Shown piece after piece: positions 63,636 through 64,000 of a stretch of 64,000 bases of DNA (positions are counted from its first letter, which is position 1; the number at the start of each line of letters is the position of its first letter). The notes beneath the pieces were generated by a model. That model worked only from the letters and a program-made list of their open reading frames with translations. It searched no databases and had not been told where the DNA came from. This DNA comes from Squalus acanthias (taxonomy: Eukaryota), in contig CM059432.1 of NCBI GenBank assembly GCA_030390025.1, positions 15,378,001-15,442,000 of the forward strand, given 5' to 3'. The translations under genes were made by a program, and so were the position numbers.

Positions 63636-64000
63636 TGAAATCTGGCTGGGTGTAAAAAGGGGCACCCAATTCTTCCAGCTTTTTCCTTCCATCAGTAAAA
63701 GGAAAAATTCACCTCAATATGACCCAAAACAGATATAAATCCTTTTTGCGTGGCTGTGCGCGCCAATTCTCTCCCTTCCTTTGCTGAAGCTGCTGGCTCT
63801 TGCTGGGATGCGGATTATATGAGTGCTGACAGCTCTCTGGCACCGCGCCCTAGTAACCATTCTTCGTCTGTAATCCCAGTTAGTGAGTGTCAGCAAACTA
63901 TTCGGCTAAAGAGGGCATCAGAGCCAAGCCCAATCCTGTCCTCACTTCACATTGGCCCATGGCCACTTTTTAGCAGGGGGGGGGAGGGGTCATTGGATAG

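Overview
This is non-coding, repeat-dominated vertebrate DNA, almost certainly from a cartilaginous fish (shark-like), as judged from HE1-type V-SINEs, HER1/CR1 LINEs and SacSINE1-type Deu-domain SINEs. I found no intact protein-coding gene; nearly all long ORFs are decayed LINE reverse-transcriptase fragments. Roughly half or more of the window is transposable element: CR1 (many copies), a second APE-RT LINE family, L2, RTE, Penelope-like elements, SINEs and 3-bp-TSD Harbinger-like MITEs, often nested. Five things stand out. (1) A 1,519-bp solo LTR (13475-14993; TG...CA, 4-bp TSD AGCC) with a long A-rich U3 that may hold a decayed accessory ORF, an architecture like complex or foamy-like endogenous retroviruses. 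(2) A near full-length single-ORF LINE with a tRNA-like A/B-box head, inserted as one unit (1324-4915). (3) Minimal hammerhead-ribozyme motifs in Penelope tails and in a short TSD-flanked, sometimes head-to-head non-autonomous family. (4) A CpG-rich tRNA-like cassette bounded by 16-bp inverted repeats (21424-21696). (5) A 229-bp solo LTR with a 5-bp TSD (63134-63362). A few well-flanked small + strand exon candidates suggest the window may be intronic to an unidentified gene. Boundaries were read by eye; those without a TSD or TIR anchor are approximate, and family names come from motif recognition, not database searches.
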